A stretch of DNA of 34,932 bases, from contig CAZEFS010000001.1 of assembly GCA_964511545.1 (NCBI GenBank), forward strand, positions 1-34,932, given 5' to 3'. This DNA comes from an uncultured Opitutales bacterium. Lineage in GTDB: Bacteria; Verrucomicrobiota; Verrucomicrobiia; Opitutales; CAZEFS01. The translations under genes were made by a program, and so were the position numbers. The notes below the pieces were generated by a model that saw only the letters and a list, made by a program, of their open reading frames with translations, had not been told where the DNA came from and made no database searches. Of the stretch, positions 7,479 to 16,524 are shown piece by piece (position 1 is the stretch's first letter; the number at the start of each line of letters is the position of its first letter).

Positions 7479-8408
7479 TTACTTTAGCCCTTCAACGATG
7501 GTGTGCACATTATACCGGACGACCCCTTCGTAGGTATCTAGAGGATAGGCTATATGCGTCAGAGGGTCTACGAAGTTTTCCTTAGGGCTGCCCAAGCTAT
7601 CTGAATACAGCTCTCCACCGACCTGGACGCACGCATCCCGGCTAATGCGTTCAATCACTGAGGGTGAAACGCTAGACTCTATAAAAATAGCCTTCACCTT
7701 GTGTTTTTTAATAAAGTCCACCATAGCAATAACATCAGAAAGGCCAGCCTCTGTAACTGTAGAAATGCCCTGAACGCCTTTCACCTCCACAGCATAAGCC
7801 CTACCAAAATAGGAATAAGCATCATGACTGGTAATCAAAATACGTTGCTCAGATGGAATCTGATTTAAGCTTGTTTGTACCCACTCATGCAATTTTGCAT
7901 ACTTTTGTTTTAGTTTTTCTCCTCTAGCCATAAAAGCAGCAGCATGCAAAGGGGCTTTTTCTGCCAGGGTGTTTGCTACAATATCCACACAATCAGACCA
8001 TAACTGCACATCAAACCAAATATGAGGGTCTGGTTGGTGCTGCTCCTTATCTTGCCGCAAAAGAGCACCTTCAGGTAGGTTAGCCCCTAATGCTTTTACA
8101 CTAGGGTTACGCTTTTGCATACTACGCAAGACTTCTTCCATACGGCCCTCAAGGTGGAGCCCATTATAAAAAATAACATCTGCTAGTCGCATTTTTTTTA
8201 TATCATGTGCTGTAGGTTTGTAGAGGTGAGGGTCTGTTCCTGGCCCCATAAGGCTGAGGATTTGCACATCGTCTCCTCCTATTTCACGCACCAGGTCTGT
8301 AATCATCGTAGTAGTAGTAACGACGACCAGATTTCTCCCTTTAGCTTGGCCGAACAAAAGACAAGAGGCAAAGAGGAAGCTAAAAATATGACTTGCGTAA
8401 GATTTCAT
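7479..8408 (-). CDS. Metal (Mn/Zn/Fe) ABC transporter substrate-binding protein, cluster-9 ZnuA/TroA/PsaA family
   Basis: 309 aa with a signal peptide. Motifs DPHLYKPT, DPHIWFDV and SHDAYSYFGRAY. No cognate permease or ATPase genes are adjacent. Confidence 0.85.
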   Translation of the reverse strand: MKSYASHIFSFLFASCLLFGQAKGRNLVVVTTTTMITDLVREIGGDDVQILSLMGPGTDPHLYKPTAHDIKKMRLADVIFYNGLHLEGRMEEVLRSMQKRNPSVKALGANLPEGALLRQDKEQHQPDPHIWFDVQLWSDCVDIVANTLAEKAPLHAAAFMARGEKLKQKYAKLHEWVQTSLNQIPSEQRILITSHDAYSYFGRAYAVEVKGVQGISTVTEAGLSDVIAMVDFIKKHKVKAIFIESSVSPSVIERISRDACVQVGGELYSDSLGSPKENFVDPLTHIAYPLDTYEGVVRYNVHTIVEGLK

Positions 8409-8453
8409 AAATAAGTGATCGATTTGAGTTCTTATTTAAAATATAAAAGTGAT

Positions 8454-9125
8454 CTATTCAAGCAGTATCTCAGCTTGTTCTAGCTTTTTTTTAGTTTTTT
8501 CACTTAAATGGCTATGAAAGACTAAGTCTGCCAAAGGTCGGTCTGCTCCAAAATATTGCTCTATAAGATACCTCAATAATAAGGCTGTAGCTAAGGCGTC
8601 GTGGAGAGCATTATGCCAATTACGTCTTCCCTTTGGGCACAATTTCAAGACTGCTTGAGCTAAGGATGCTTCTAGATTCAGAGCCTGAATGATGGATGAA
8701 AGCTGATAGCTTTCTAGGCTAAGGCAGGCCTTGCTTAGCCCATGGGTATCTATCCAGGGCCCCCAAGTAGACGTACTGGCCCCCAAAAAATCTGAGCTTT
8801 GGCTATGAAAAGGCCAATAAGAGCGTAGCAAATTATCCTCTACACTTGCATGATGCGCAACCAATAGACCGTCTTTCCGTAAGGATGAAAATAGCGCCCA
8901 ATGCTCATCAAAAGAAGAGAAACCTGAGAGGCTCTCTGCATGAAGACCGTGCACAAAACCTGGAATCTCAGACCTGCATTTTTCATTTCTGGGCTTACAA
9001 AAGCCTGTAGATACGGATTGGATAGCTCCTCCCAGGAGAGTGACCACTCCGTACTCTAGGATGCCCTCTTGGAGGGTACCCTCAAAGTCGATCACATGGA
9101 GAGGCGTGGTATAAGCAAGGTGCAT
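8454..9125 (-). CDS. DEDDh 3'-5' exonuclease (DnaQ/epsilon-like domain protein)
   Basis: 223 aa. Exo I VIDFEGT, Exo II LVAHHASVED and Exo III HNALHDALATA (H-x4-D). Confidence 0.75.
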   Translation of the reverse strand: MHLAYTTPLHVIDFEGTLQEGILEYGVVTLLGGAIQSVSTGFCKPRNEKCRSEIPGFVHGLHAESLSGFSSFDEHWALFSSLRKDGLLVAHHASVEDNLLRSYWPFHSQSSDFLGASTSTWGPWIDTHGLSKACLSLESYQLSSIIQALNLEASLAQAVLKLCPKGRRNWHNALHDALATALLLRYLIEQYFGADRPLADLVFHSHLSEKTKKKLEQAEILLE

Positions 9126-9143
9126 ACAAGCAGGAAAGAAACC

Positions 9144-9383
9144 CTATCCGCCATCAAACAGGCTGGCTTCTTCGTCAATTTTTAGGTCTAGTTTTTCAAT
9201 CTGCAGCTCTACAGCTTGAATTTGTGCTTGAGCAGCCTTTAGCAGCTCTATGCCTTGGGCATAATGGTTCACCCAACTTTCTAGCGGGAGTTCACCACTC
9301 TCAAGGCCCTCTAATAAGGCCTCCAGGGCTTTTAACTTGTCTTCAAAATTGAGAGATTCAGGCGCTATAGGATCGTGCTTCAT
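9144..9383 (-). CDS. xseB: Exodeoxyribonuclease VII small subunit
   Basis: 79 aa, a helical hairpin protein. FEDKLKALEALLEGLESGELPLESWVNHYAQGIELLK is typical of XseB. Confidence 0.85.
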   Translation of the reverse strand: MKHDPIAPESLNFEDKLKALEALLEGLESGELPLESWVNHYAQGIELLKAAQAQIQAVELQIEKLDLKIDEEASLFDGG

Positions 9384-9434
9384 TCAATAGTTTACAAGCG
9401 TAGATCATTTCTATAAACCTTCAAGCCTATAAAT

Positions 9435-10331
9435 ATGGCTACTTTTCTTTATCAACGAGTGCTATTTGGGCTATTTCTATATGGCTTAGGCAGTCTTTAC
9501 GCTCAGGCTAGCCGGGTAGCTACTTTAAATGTGCACAACTATGGCCTTGTAGACCGGGTGATAGATGGCCAATTCTATACGCAGTACCCAAAGCCTGAGG
9601 CTGAAAAAAAGGCCCTGCAAAACCTTCTACTCCAAACTAGGCCAGACATTCTTGCCCTACAAGAGATAGGAGACCTGAGCTACTTGAACGAACTCCAGGC
9701 AGATCTAAAAAGACAAGGGCTTGACTACCCTTATGCTATCCTAAGCCCGGGACCGGATACGCAAAGACAGCTGGCAGTCCTTAGCAAGCTAGAACCCATA
9801 AACGTCCATACCCATCCAAAAATTGCCTTTAAGTACTGTAAGCATTACACCTATGTCCGCCGCGGAATGTTAGAACTATGGTTCAAAGAAAAAGGCAAAA
9901 CTTGGGTGCTCTATGTGGTACACCTCAAGAGCCGTTATCCATCTAATAATGACAAAGACTTTGAATCTAAACAACTTCGCAAAGCTGAGGCCTATGCGTT
10001 AAGGAATAAAATCCAAAGCCTAACGCCACCCGTTACTCCTTACCTCATAGTAGGAGACTTTAACGACCATCCCTACAGCGCACCCTTAAGGGCTTTTTTA
10101 AAGAAAGGTGATAGCGTTTTAACCCACATGCTCCATGCCTACGATAGTAGGCAAGAAAGCTGGACCTTTCATAATGCTAAAATGGATGTTTATTCTCGTT
10201 TAGATTATATTTTAGCCTCTCAGGCCATGCTAAGGTATCTAAAAACAGGTTCTGCTCATATTGAGGACATCCTCCCCCATAGCCTAGAAGCGAGCGACCA
10301 TAGGCTGATTTATGTGGATCTAGCCTTTTAA
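9435..10331 (+). CDS. Secreted endonuclease/exonuclease/phosphatase (EEP) family protein
   Basis: 298 aa with a signal peptide. EEP motifs LALQEIGD, GDFND and the terminal SDHRLIYVDL. Confidence 0.8.
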   Translation: MATFLYQRVLFGLFLYGLGSLYAQASRVATLNVHNYGLVDRVIDGQFYTQYPKPEAEKKALQNLLLQTRPDILALQEIGDLSYLNELQADLKRQGLDYPYAILSPGPDTQRQLAVLSKLEPINVHTHPKIAFKYCKHYTYVRRGMLELWFKEKGKTWVLYVVHLKSRYPSNNDKDFESKQLRKAEAYALRNKIQSLTPPVTPYLIVGDFNDHPYSAPLRAFLKKGDSVLTHMLHAYDSRQESWTFHNAKMDVYSRLDYILASQAMLRYLKTGSAHIEDILPHSLEASDHRLIYVDLAF

Positions 10332-10466
10332 AGGCTTCTTATTAAAAGCTATTAAGCTATTTTTACACTAGACACCAGAGCAAGTTTCAGTTTTATAAGG
10401 AACAGTTGGGCGGAACGTGGACCCTAAGGCCCTTAGCTCATTCGTTGAAAATTAGCTTTTATCGCT

Positions 10467-11327
10467 ATGCTGTACTTATTATTGGTATCCCTCATCTGGG
10501 CTTTTTCCTGGGGGTTGATTAAAATTTACCTAAGCGGCCTGGATGCGAATTGTATCTCTTTTTTACGTATCGCCCTAGCGCTTCCTATTTTCCTGCCTTT
10601 TCTGAGGTTAAAAGGCCTTAACCTTCGTAAAATTTTTGTCCTTTTAGGCATAGGGGCCATTCAATATGGCCTGATGTACCTATGCGTTATCCGTTCCTAC
10701 CAGTATTTGCAAGCCTACCAGGTGGCACTATTTACGACGTTTACCCCTATTTATGTGACGCTGCTCAACGATGTTTTTTCACGCAAATTTCGTCCCTTTT
10801 CGCTCTTTACGGCCGTTTTAGCACTAATAGGAGCTGCCAGCATTTATTATAAAAGCAATGCCGACCTGTTTTTAATTGGAAAAGGTTTCTTACTCGTACA
10901 AGGAAGCGACCTTTGCTTTGCCTTTGGCCAAGTAGCTTATAAACGTTTTAGGGAAGGCAACCCAAAGCTAGAAGACGGAGCCATCTACGCTTGGCTATTC
11001 TTGGGGGCCTTACTTGTAACCGCTACCAGCACCCATTACTTTGGAAATTGGCATATCATCACTGCCCTATCCTTAGAACAGATAGGCGTGCTTGCCTACT
11101 TAGGAGTAGTGGCTACGGGCCTTTGCTTTTTCTGGTGGAATAAGGGGGGGGTAAAGGTCTCCGTCAGCACCTTGGCTGTCTTTAATAACCTCAAAATCCC
11201 CTTAGGTGTCTTGGCTTCTTTACTGATATTTAAGGAAGAAGCAGATTACCTTAGGGTAGGTCTTGCTTTAGGTATTATTATGTTTGCCTTAGTCTTGGCA
11301 CAGATCGGTGACAGAAAGACGAATTAA
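10467..11327 (+). CDS. EamA/DMT-superfamily transporter
   Basis: 286 aa with about 10 TM segments arranged as two EamA-like halves. Confidence 0.8.
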   Translation: MLYLLLVSLIWAFSWGLIKIYLSGLDANCISFLRIALALPIFLPFLRLKGLNLRKIFVLLGIGAIQYGLMYLCVIRSYQYLQAYQVALFTTFTPIYVTLLNDVFSRKFRPFSLFTAVLALIGAASIYYKSNADLFLIGKGFLLVQGSDLCFAFGQVAYKRFREGNPKLEDGAIYAWLFLGALLVTATSTHYFGNWHIITALSLEQIGVLAYLGVVATGLCFFWWNKGGVKVSVSTLAVFNNLKIPLGVLASLLIFKEEADYLRVGLALGIIMFALVLAQIGDRKTN

Positions 11328-11573
11328 AAGCCAAATCTATATTGGTTTGAAATAGATTTTGGCTTCTAAAATAAGCTCGAACAAACTCTAAGCATAAAAA
11401 GTACATTAAAAAAATGACCGGTGCTAGAGTAAGTATTAGAATTTTCTATCTTTATTGATGTAGCATTTTATTAAAAAAAATATATTTATTATTGCATTCT
11501 TAATTTCATTTGACGATATTCAACGATTGCACCATTTTTTAATCGTAGGAATTTTGATTTATTCTATTGCCAT

Positions 11574-14294
11574 ATGAGACCTATCTATAATCCCATTCAC
11601 ACATCTTCTAAGCCTAAGAACGAAACTCAAAGTAATAAACAGCCTCCAGCAGCCCCTAATTCACCTGGGCAAAATAGCAGTGTAGTCCAAAACCATTCGG
11701 ATGCTCCTCAAGCTTCCTTAGTAGGGGCTCCGGCACTAGGTCAAGAGGTCCAACCTAAGGCTAAGCTTAAACCTCTCGTATTTCGTGATGTAAGCGACCA
11801 AGATCTCAAAAATCTTATTAACAATGAAGAAACCTTTAGCCATGCCATGCAAAATGGTAGCATTTTTGGAATGCGATCACCCAATGCCAATGCCTTAGCA
11901 GCAGCTTGTCGTCTTCAAAAATTTGGTTTCGCTATACAGCTTTTAGGGCATCCTTTAGCTGAAGAGGCTTTTCTGGAAGACACTGCTGGAATTGCTAATA
12001 TTTTGGCAAGATTAGATTTGATGAACAATTATGACGAGTCTAAGCTAAAATCATTTTTGCGAACCTTGATTCAAGGCGTAAATATTCAAAAAATAGAAGA
12101 ATATTTTTCAGAAAAGAAACAACATAATTCTATTATTCCTATCTTGGTTGGTCTTTCACAATTCTTCACTTATAACCATGATAATGAGAGCTTAAAGAAA
12201 CTTTTATTCAGCATTAAGAAGGCTGATCATTTGCAGTGCTGTGAAGCAAGTTTAGAGCTCTTTCATGGCAGGATTAATGCTGGCAACATTCTCCAGTCTT
12301 TGGAGTGCATTCTAGAAGCAGGGATTAAACCCAGTAAAGAATGGTGTCATTCGGTTCTATTAAATCGAATGGGCACTTGTTCTCTTGATCATTTAGTAAT
12401 TTTTGAAATGCTAACAGCATTTAATCATAAAAATCTGATTTCCAAAGAAGATAATATTGAGCGTGATGTTTTACTTAAAATTTATAAAAAAACACAAGAA
12501 CGTACACTTTTAGATTGCGCGTTTAATTTATTAAATTATACACATAAAAGAAAAATAAATATATTAAAAAAAGAAGAAAAGAAAGAAATCATACATCAAG
12601 TGTTTTTCTCAATCATCAGTAGCTTCAGCTATGATGAAAAAGACATTCCAGCAGAATTGAAGGATAAAACAGAAAAATTATTTGAATCTATTGAGGTTTC
12701 TGAGGCCAAAGACGTTTTTAATGCTGAATTGATTAACCATTTTTTCACCCGTATTCCAAGGGTAATGTTGGATTGGAAACCCCTGCAGGCAGAATATGTT
12801 GATTGGATACTTGATAGAATGATTAGCACCTTAGGAGAAGAACATTTTATTAATTGTATCGAAACCTCTTCTTTATTAAGAAAGGTCGTGGAATGTTTGG
12901 TTCCTAATCCTTTAAAAATCAAAAGTCTTATCCAAAGAGGAGCGAATCCTATGGTAAAGATTGATTCGAAAACCTACCCTGATCCTTTATTAAACCTAGG
13001 CGTATCTCTAGATATACAACGCTGCCTAGCCCAGTCGCAACATCCGGAGTATAAAGCCTTTGTATTAAGTACTATGTTTGGCCTTAAGAGTGCTGGATTG
13101 CTCGGAAGCAACCCTGCCTCCTCTGTGCCTATTATTGAAAAAGGCTTTGAGGCATTTTTAGAAGCATTCCCATCTAAACTAGACAGCGCTGTCATAGACC
13201 GTATTCAAAAGGCCTATATACAGTCTGTGAGATTCGATAAAAGGCAGGATTTATTAAAACATTTTGCAGAAAGCCCTAGAGAGCCTGATACTATCCAGCT
13301 AGCCTATCTTGATGCTGACAGCCATACCTACGCCTACGTGATGTATCAAGATATGCTGATAGAGACTCAGCGCAGTGAAGAAGACAGTATGTTAGCAAAC
13401 GATAATCAACTATTTTACATGACTAACGCTACTGCTTTCGATGGGGAAAAAGTGCGTGCGATTCAGATGCTGCCTATTGATAAAGCAGAAGCTAGGAATT
13501 TGATAGAACAATCGAATTCAATTAACGATTATCACCTGCGTTTTGGTAAAGATACTGTAGGTTTTTGTCAAAAACACGGTACACCTATCAAAGACTTAGG
13601 CCCTTTATTAGAGCATCTAGGATTAGAAACTTCTTTTTCTACTATCACAGATCCTCTTCAACAGAAGAAAGTAGCCCTAGGAGAGATTTTTCAGAGCTTA
13701 GGCTATCTAGAAAAAGATGGTTCTGGAGCAATTTTGGATACCTTCAAAGACAAGGATAGTGCTGAACTAGTTCAAAATTTAGTTCAAGACACCGACTTAG
13801 ATCCACAAACCTTGACTACCTGGCTCGAAAACCCTTCTTTAAGCAAGATAGACTTTTTAAAGAAAGCCTTAGACATCTTAGGTATTACTCAAAAAAAGCT
13901 CTATTACGTTTCAGATGCAGATCGACAAGACCCTCTAGCCGCTATAGCGTTTGAAAAGACTCCTCAAAAGACAGGTAACTGTTATTTTGCCTCTCCTATG
14001 CTAAACTTTGGTGCGCTCATGTGGTGGGCTACCGTTTTAGAAAGGACGAAGCAGCAGAACATCACCGTAACCCGAGAGCATGTAGGCCAAAACCCAGAGT
14101 TTTATAAGGCTATCTACAAGGAGGTAGAGCCCACTTACAAAGAACTCGTGAGGTTTATGAAGCTGAACGCCTGGGAAGACTATCAGCAGCAGTTTGGCAA
14201 GCTATCCAATCCAGAGATGCAAGCCGAACTCGAAGCCAAAGTCGCTAAACTCAAAAGTCCATCCTACCTTCAAGATAGCGAAGAGGAGATCTAG
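11574..14294 (+). CDS. Large orphan protein (906 aa), possible secreted effector
   Basis: Long uninterrupted ORF. Pro/Gln/Ser-rich disordered N-terminal ~70 aa, a lysine-rich low-complexity patch and an acidic tail. Preceded by 240 bp of very AT-rich DNA. I could not recognise any domain with confidence. Confidence 0.7.
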   Translation: MRPIYNPIHTSSKPKNETQSNKQPPAAPNSPGQNSSVVQNHSDAPQASLVGAPALGQEVQPKAKLKPLVFRDVSDQDLKNLINNEETFSHAMQNGSIFGMRSPNANALAAACRLQKFGFAIQLLGHPLAEEAFLEDTAGIANILARLDLMNNYDESKLKSFLRTLIQGVNIQKIEEYFSEKKQHNSIIPILVGLSQFFTYNHDNESLKKLLFSIKKADHLQCCEASLELFHGRINAGNILQSLECILEAGIKPSKEWCHSVLLNRMGTCSLDHLVIFEMLTAFNHKNLISKEDNIERDVLLKIYKKTQERTLLDCAFNLLNYTHKRKINILKKEEKKEIIHQVFFSIISSFSYDEKDIPAELKDKTEKLFESIEVSEAKDVFNAELINHFFTRIPRVMLDWKPLQAEYVDWILDRMISTLGEEHFINCIETSSLLRKVVECLVPNPLKIKSLIQRGANPMVKIDSKTYPDPLLNLGVSLDIQRCLAQSQHPEYKAFVLSTMFGLKSAGLLGSNPASSVPIIEKGFEAFLEAFPSKLDSAVIDRIQKAYIQSVRFDKRQDLLKHFAESPREPDTIQLAYLDADSHTYAYVMYQDMLIETQRSEEDSMLANDNQLFYMTNATAFDGEKVRAIQMLPIDKAEARNLIEQSNSINDYHLRFGKDTVGFCQKHGTPIKDLGPLLEHLGLETSFSTITDPLQQKKVALGEIFQSLGYLEKDGSGAILDTFKDKDSAELVQNLVQDTDLDPQTLTTWLENPSLSKIDFLKKALDILGITQKKLYYVSDADRQDPLAAIAFEKTPQKTGNCYFASPMLNFGALMWWATVLERTKQQNITVTREHVGQNPEFYKAIYKEVEPTYKELVRFMKLNAWEDYQQQFGKLSNPEMQAELEAKVAKLKSPSYLQDSEEEI

Positions 14295-14414
14295 TGTATC
14301 CAGTGGGGCATCCACGTCCTAGGCCTTAGAAAAAGTACTTTCCTTGTAAGCATCTGAGGCTGTCTGAGAGGCATCTAGGACTATGCATATTCTAAAAACG
14401 CGTCAAAACTTGCT

Positions 14415-14432
14415 TTAGCCTTGACTTTTTGT
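14415..14432 (+). promoter_or_regulatory. Promoter-like 18-mer upstream of tRNA-Ser
   Basis: TTAGCCTTGACTTTTTGT matches 33-50 at 17/18 positions. It lies about 60-75 nt upstream of the tRNA 5' end. The -10 element is uncertain (TATAGT is only 12 nt away; TAGTTTTA lies 19 nt after TTTG). Confidence 0.3.
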
Positions 14433-14489
14433 CCTAGCTATAGTGTCTCTTAGTTTTATATAAAAATATAGGCAACGCCCTATTGTTTA

Positions 14490-14577
<88 letters not shown>

Positions 14578-14662
14578 GCTTTCGTTCTACGAACTACAGC
14601 TGGCAGGCCAAATTTATTTTAACGAAAGCTGTCCGCCGAAGCCTTAGCGAAGGAGGACTACT
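14578..14662 (+). repeat. Structured GC-rich linker between the tRNA-Ser 3' end and the GIY-YIG gene
   Basis: 9-bp stem GCTTTCGTT (14578-14586) / AACGAAAGC (about 14622-14630). Inner GTTC-TAC-GAAC hairpin. AGCTGGCAGG can pair with the tRNA 3' end CCGCCAGCT. The CCGAAGCC and AGCGAAGG motifs recur in the other GC-rich elements. It ends in a canonical AAGGAGG 6 nt before the ATG. Confidence 0.5.
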
Positions 14663-14905
14663 ATGTTTTATGTTTATTTAATCCGCTCAATTCCTTTCTC
14701 GGACCAAGTTTATGTTGGGATTACTGAAGATCTCAAAAAACGCCTAGAAACCCATAATTTTGGTGGTTCTGTGCACACAGCTAAATACAAACCCTGGGAA
14801 TTAATTGTCTATATGGGCTTTCAAAATGAAGTCAAAGCAAGGCAATTTGAAAAATATTCGAAATCTGGTTCTGGTCGTTTTTTTGCTAAAAAACGTTTAT
14901 GGTAG
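14663..14905 (+). CDS. Small stand-alone GIY-YIG nuclease-domain protein (UPF0213-like)
   Basis: 80 aa. FYVYLIRS....QVYVGITEDLKKRLETHN fits the GIY-(x10)-YIG core with the downstream R and the helix carrying H/N. Strong Shine-Dalgarno motif. Confidence 0.85.
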   Translation: MFYVYLIRSIPFSDQVYVGITEDLKKRLETHNFGGSVHTAKYKPWELIVYMGFQNEVKARQFEKYSKSGSGRFFAKKRLW

Positions 14906-14940
14906 ACCGGTACCTCACTTTTTCTGATTCTGCCATTTTA

Positions 14941-15000
14941 CCCCCGAAGTCTCCATTGTGATCCCTTGGGCGCCGTAGCTTAAAAAGCGAAGGCGAAAGG
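14941..15000 (+). repeat. GC-rich module-P-like fragment 3' of the GIY-YIG gene
   Basis: CGCCGTAGC (14971-14979) is identical to 389-397, with CTTGGG adjacent in both places. CCCGAAG and AGCGAAGGCGAAAGG echo motifs at 14630-14655 and 18715-18745. Confidence 0.4.
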
Positions 15001-15109
15001 AGTGTCTCCCAAAATGAATGACACACGCATTGATCAATAAAAGCTTATAGATCCTTTAAAAATAAAAAATATACTTGCGATGTCCTTAAAAATTCACGAT
15101 AGCTAACGC

Positions 15110-15625
15110 TCAAAGCTTTCTTATTTGAATACTGATATATATATCTAGCACAGTGGCGTTAGGATCCGTAGCTCTGGTATCATAGACTTCAAAGTCTGCC
15201 GTATAGGCTCTTTTTCCTCCCAGTTCTGCGGGTGACATCTTCCATATAGCTTCCCAAAGTTCTACACACACTGCAGGCATGGACCCACATTGGCTGGTAA
15301 ACTTCATATAGGTTTGCTCGGGTATCATGATCCTCTTAAGGGGTTCTTGCACTTCTGCAAAGCCACTAATAGCTTCACCTATAAAATACGTGTAGTCGCC
15401 CTTCCAATCGCGCTCATATTCAGTATACACACAATAAGTAGTGCCTGGATGAATACGGTTATGGAGCTGACTTGGGATAGATTGTCCAAAATAGTTTTGG
15501 ATGGTAGCAGCAATCGTATGTTTAGGAGGAGACCCTTCAAAGTTCTCCGCATTATTCGTACGAGCGCTAATACCTACTAACTGAAGAGCAGGTAAGGTAA
15601 CCCGTGTTTTTGAAAAGGGATGCAT
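15110..15625 (-). CDS. GyrI-like / AraC-effector-binding (Cass2-type) small-molecule-binding protein
   Basis: 171 aa. Typical beginning LPALQLVGISART, a duplicated beta-alpha-beta-beta pattern, and the ending ADFEVYD....TVLDIYISI. Confidence 0.7.
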   Translation of the reverse strand: MHPFSKTRVTLPALQLVGISARTNNAENFEGSPPKHTIAATIQNYFGQSIPSQLHNRIHPGTTYCVYTEYERDWKGDYTYFIGEAISGFAEVQEPLKRIMIPEQTYMKFTSQCGSMPAVCVELWEAIWKMSPAELGGKRAYTADFEVYDTRATDPNATVLDIYISIQIRKL

Positions 15626-15638
15626 CTAGATCTGAGAT

Positions 15639-16427
15639 TTAATGAGATGAGGCAGACTTATTTGAAATAGTAGATTTTCTTGGTTGAAATAAAAAAACTG
15701 ATAACGAAACGCATGTTCCGACGGCTATCCATTTCAGTTGGAATACACAAGGCAAAAAGGTACATCCAAGAAAGATTTTATGTAAAATGAGGAAGCTCAG
15801 AAAAAAGAAGGCTGTTGCAAAGCCTTTCCGAATAATACTGAGGGCCGTTGGGTTCCTCCCGAATCTATACTCTCCCGCATGAACTCCTATCAGAGCATAG
15901 TAGGCCATCCAGACATGGTCTTTTAAGCCATAAAGCCAATGGATATAAAGCATAAGAAGGCTCGCTGATGTCAGTAAAATTACAGGCAAATAAAGCCTAG
16001 TTTTTGGCATTTTTAAGAGCTGCTTATAAGACCATACCCACAGCAAGCCAACGGCTATTGCTCCTGCAATATCATAGGGTTGATGATAATTAAAATATAG
16101 CAGGCCTCCTGCTATCCCTATACAGATGAAGATACAAGCCCATCGAATCAAAGGATGACGCATAGATTGCAACAGCCAGGTATAAAACACAACGGCTAGC
16201 TGCATATGCCCACTTGGGAAAGCAAACCAGTCTTTACCGATAGAGGGATCTAAGGGGACCTTGAAGGTGACTTTTAGGACGCAATTTAAGAGCATGCTCA
16301 TGAGGATTAAGCTTATCGCATGGAAAAAAATCTTTCTGTCCCACCAAATATATCCCAAGACTACCAAAGGAATGATCATGGTATCATGACTAAACATCAA
16401 AAAGAAGCGAAATACGATATCTTCCAT
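15639..16427 (-). CDS. PAP2-superfamily membrane phosphatase
   Basis: 262 aa, polytopic. PAP2 motifs are approximated by KVTFKVPL, FPSGH and NYHQPYDIAGA. Confidence 0.7.
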   Translation of the reverse strand: MEDIVFRFFLMFSHDTMIIPLVVLGYIWWDRKIFFHAISLILMSMLLNCVLKVTFKVPLDPSIGKDWFAFPSGHMQLAVVFYTWLLQSMRHPLIRWACIFICIGIAGGLLYFNYHQPYDIAGAIAVGLLWVWSYKQLLKMPKTRLYLPVILLTSASLLMLYIHWLYGLKDHVWMAYYALIGVHAGEYRFGRNPTALSIIRKGFATAFFFLSFLILHKIFLGCTFLPCVFQLKWIAVGTCVSLSVFLFQPRKSTISNKSASSH

Positions 16428-16524
16428 AAAGGGTATATATACAGTATCAAAAACTTAAGGAAAGGATAAAAAAATAGAGCTTTCGGGTGGTGTTTGAAAA
16501 ATAATCGTGCGTAAATCGGATGCC

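Noticed and set aside
13960-14010. Calling the 906-aa protein an OTU or USP deubiquitinase from the GNCYF motif
   Set aside because: The downstream sequence is too short (about 100 aa, with a single His 33 residues after the Cys) for either fold. It is retained only as a low-confidence hypothesis to test.
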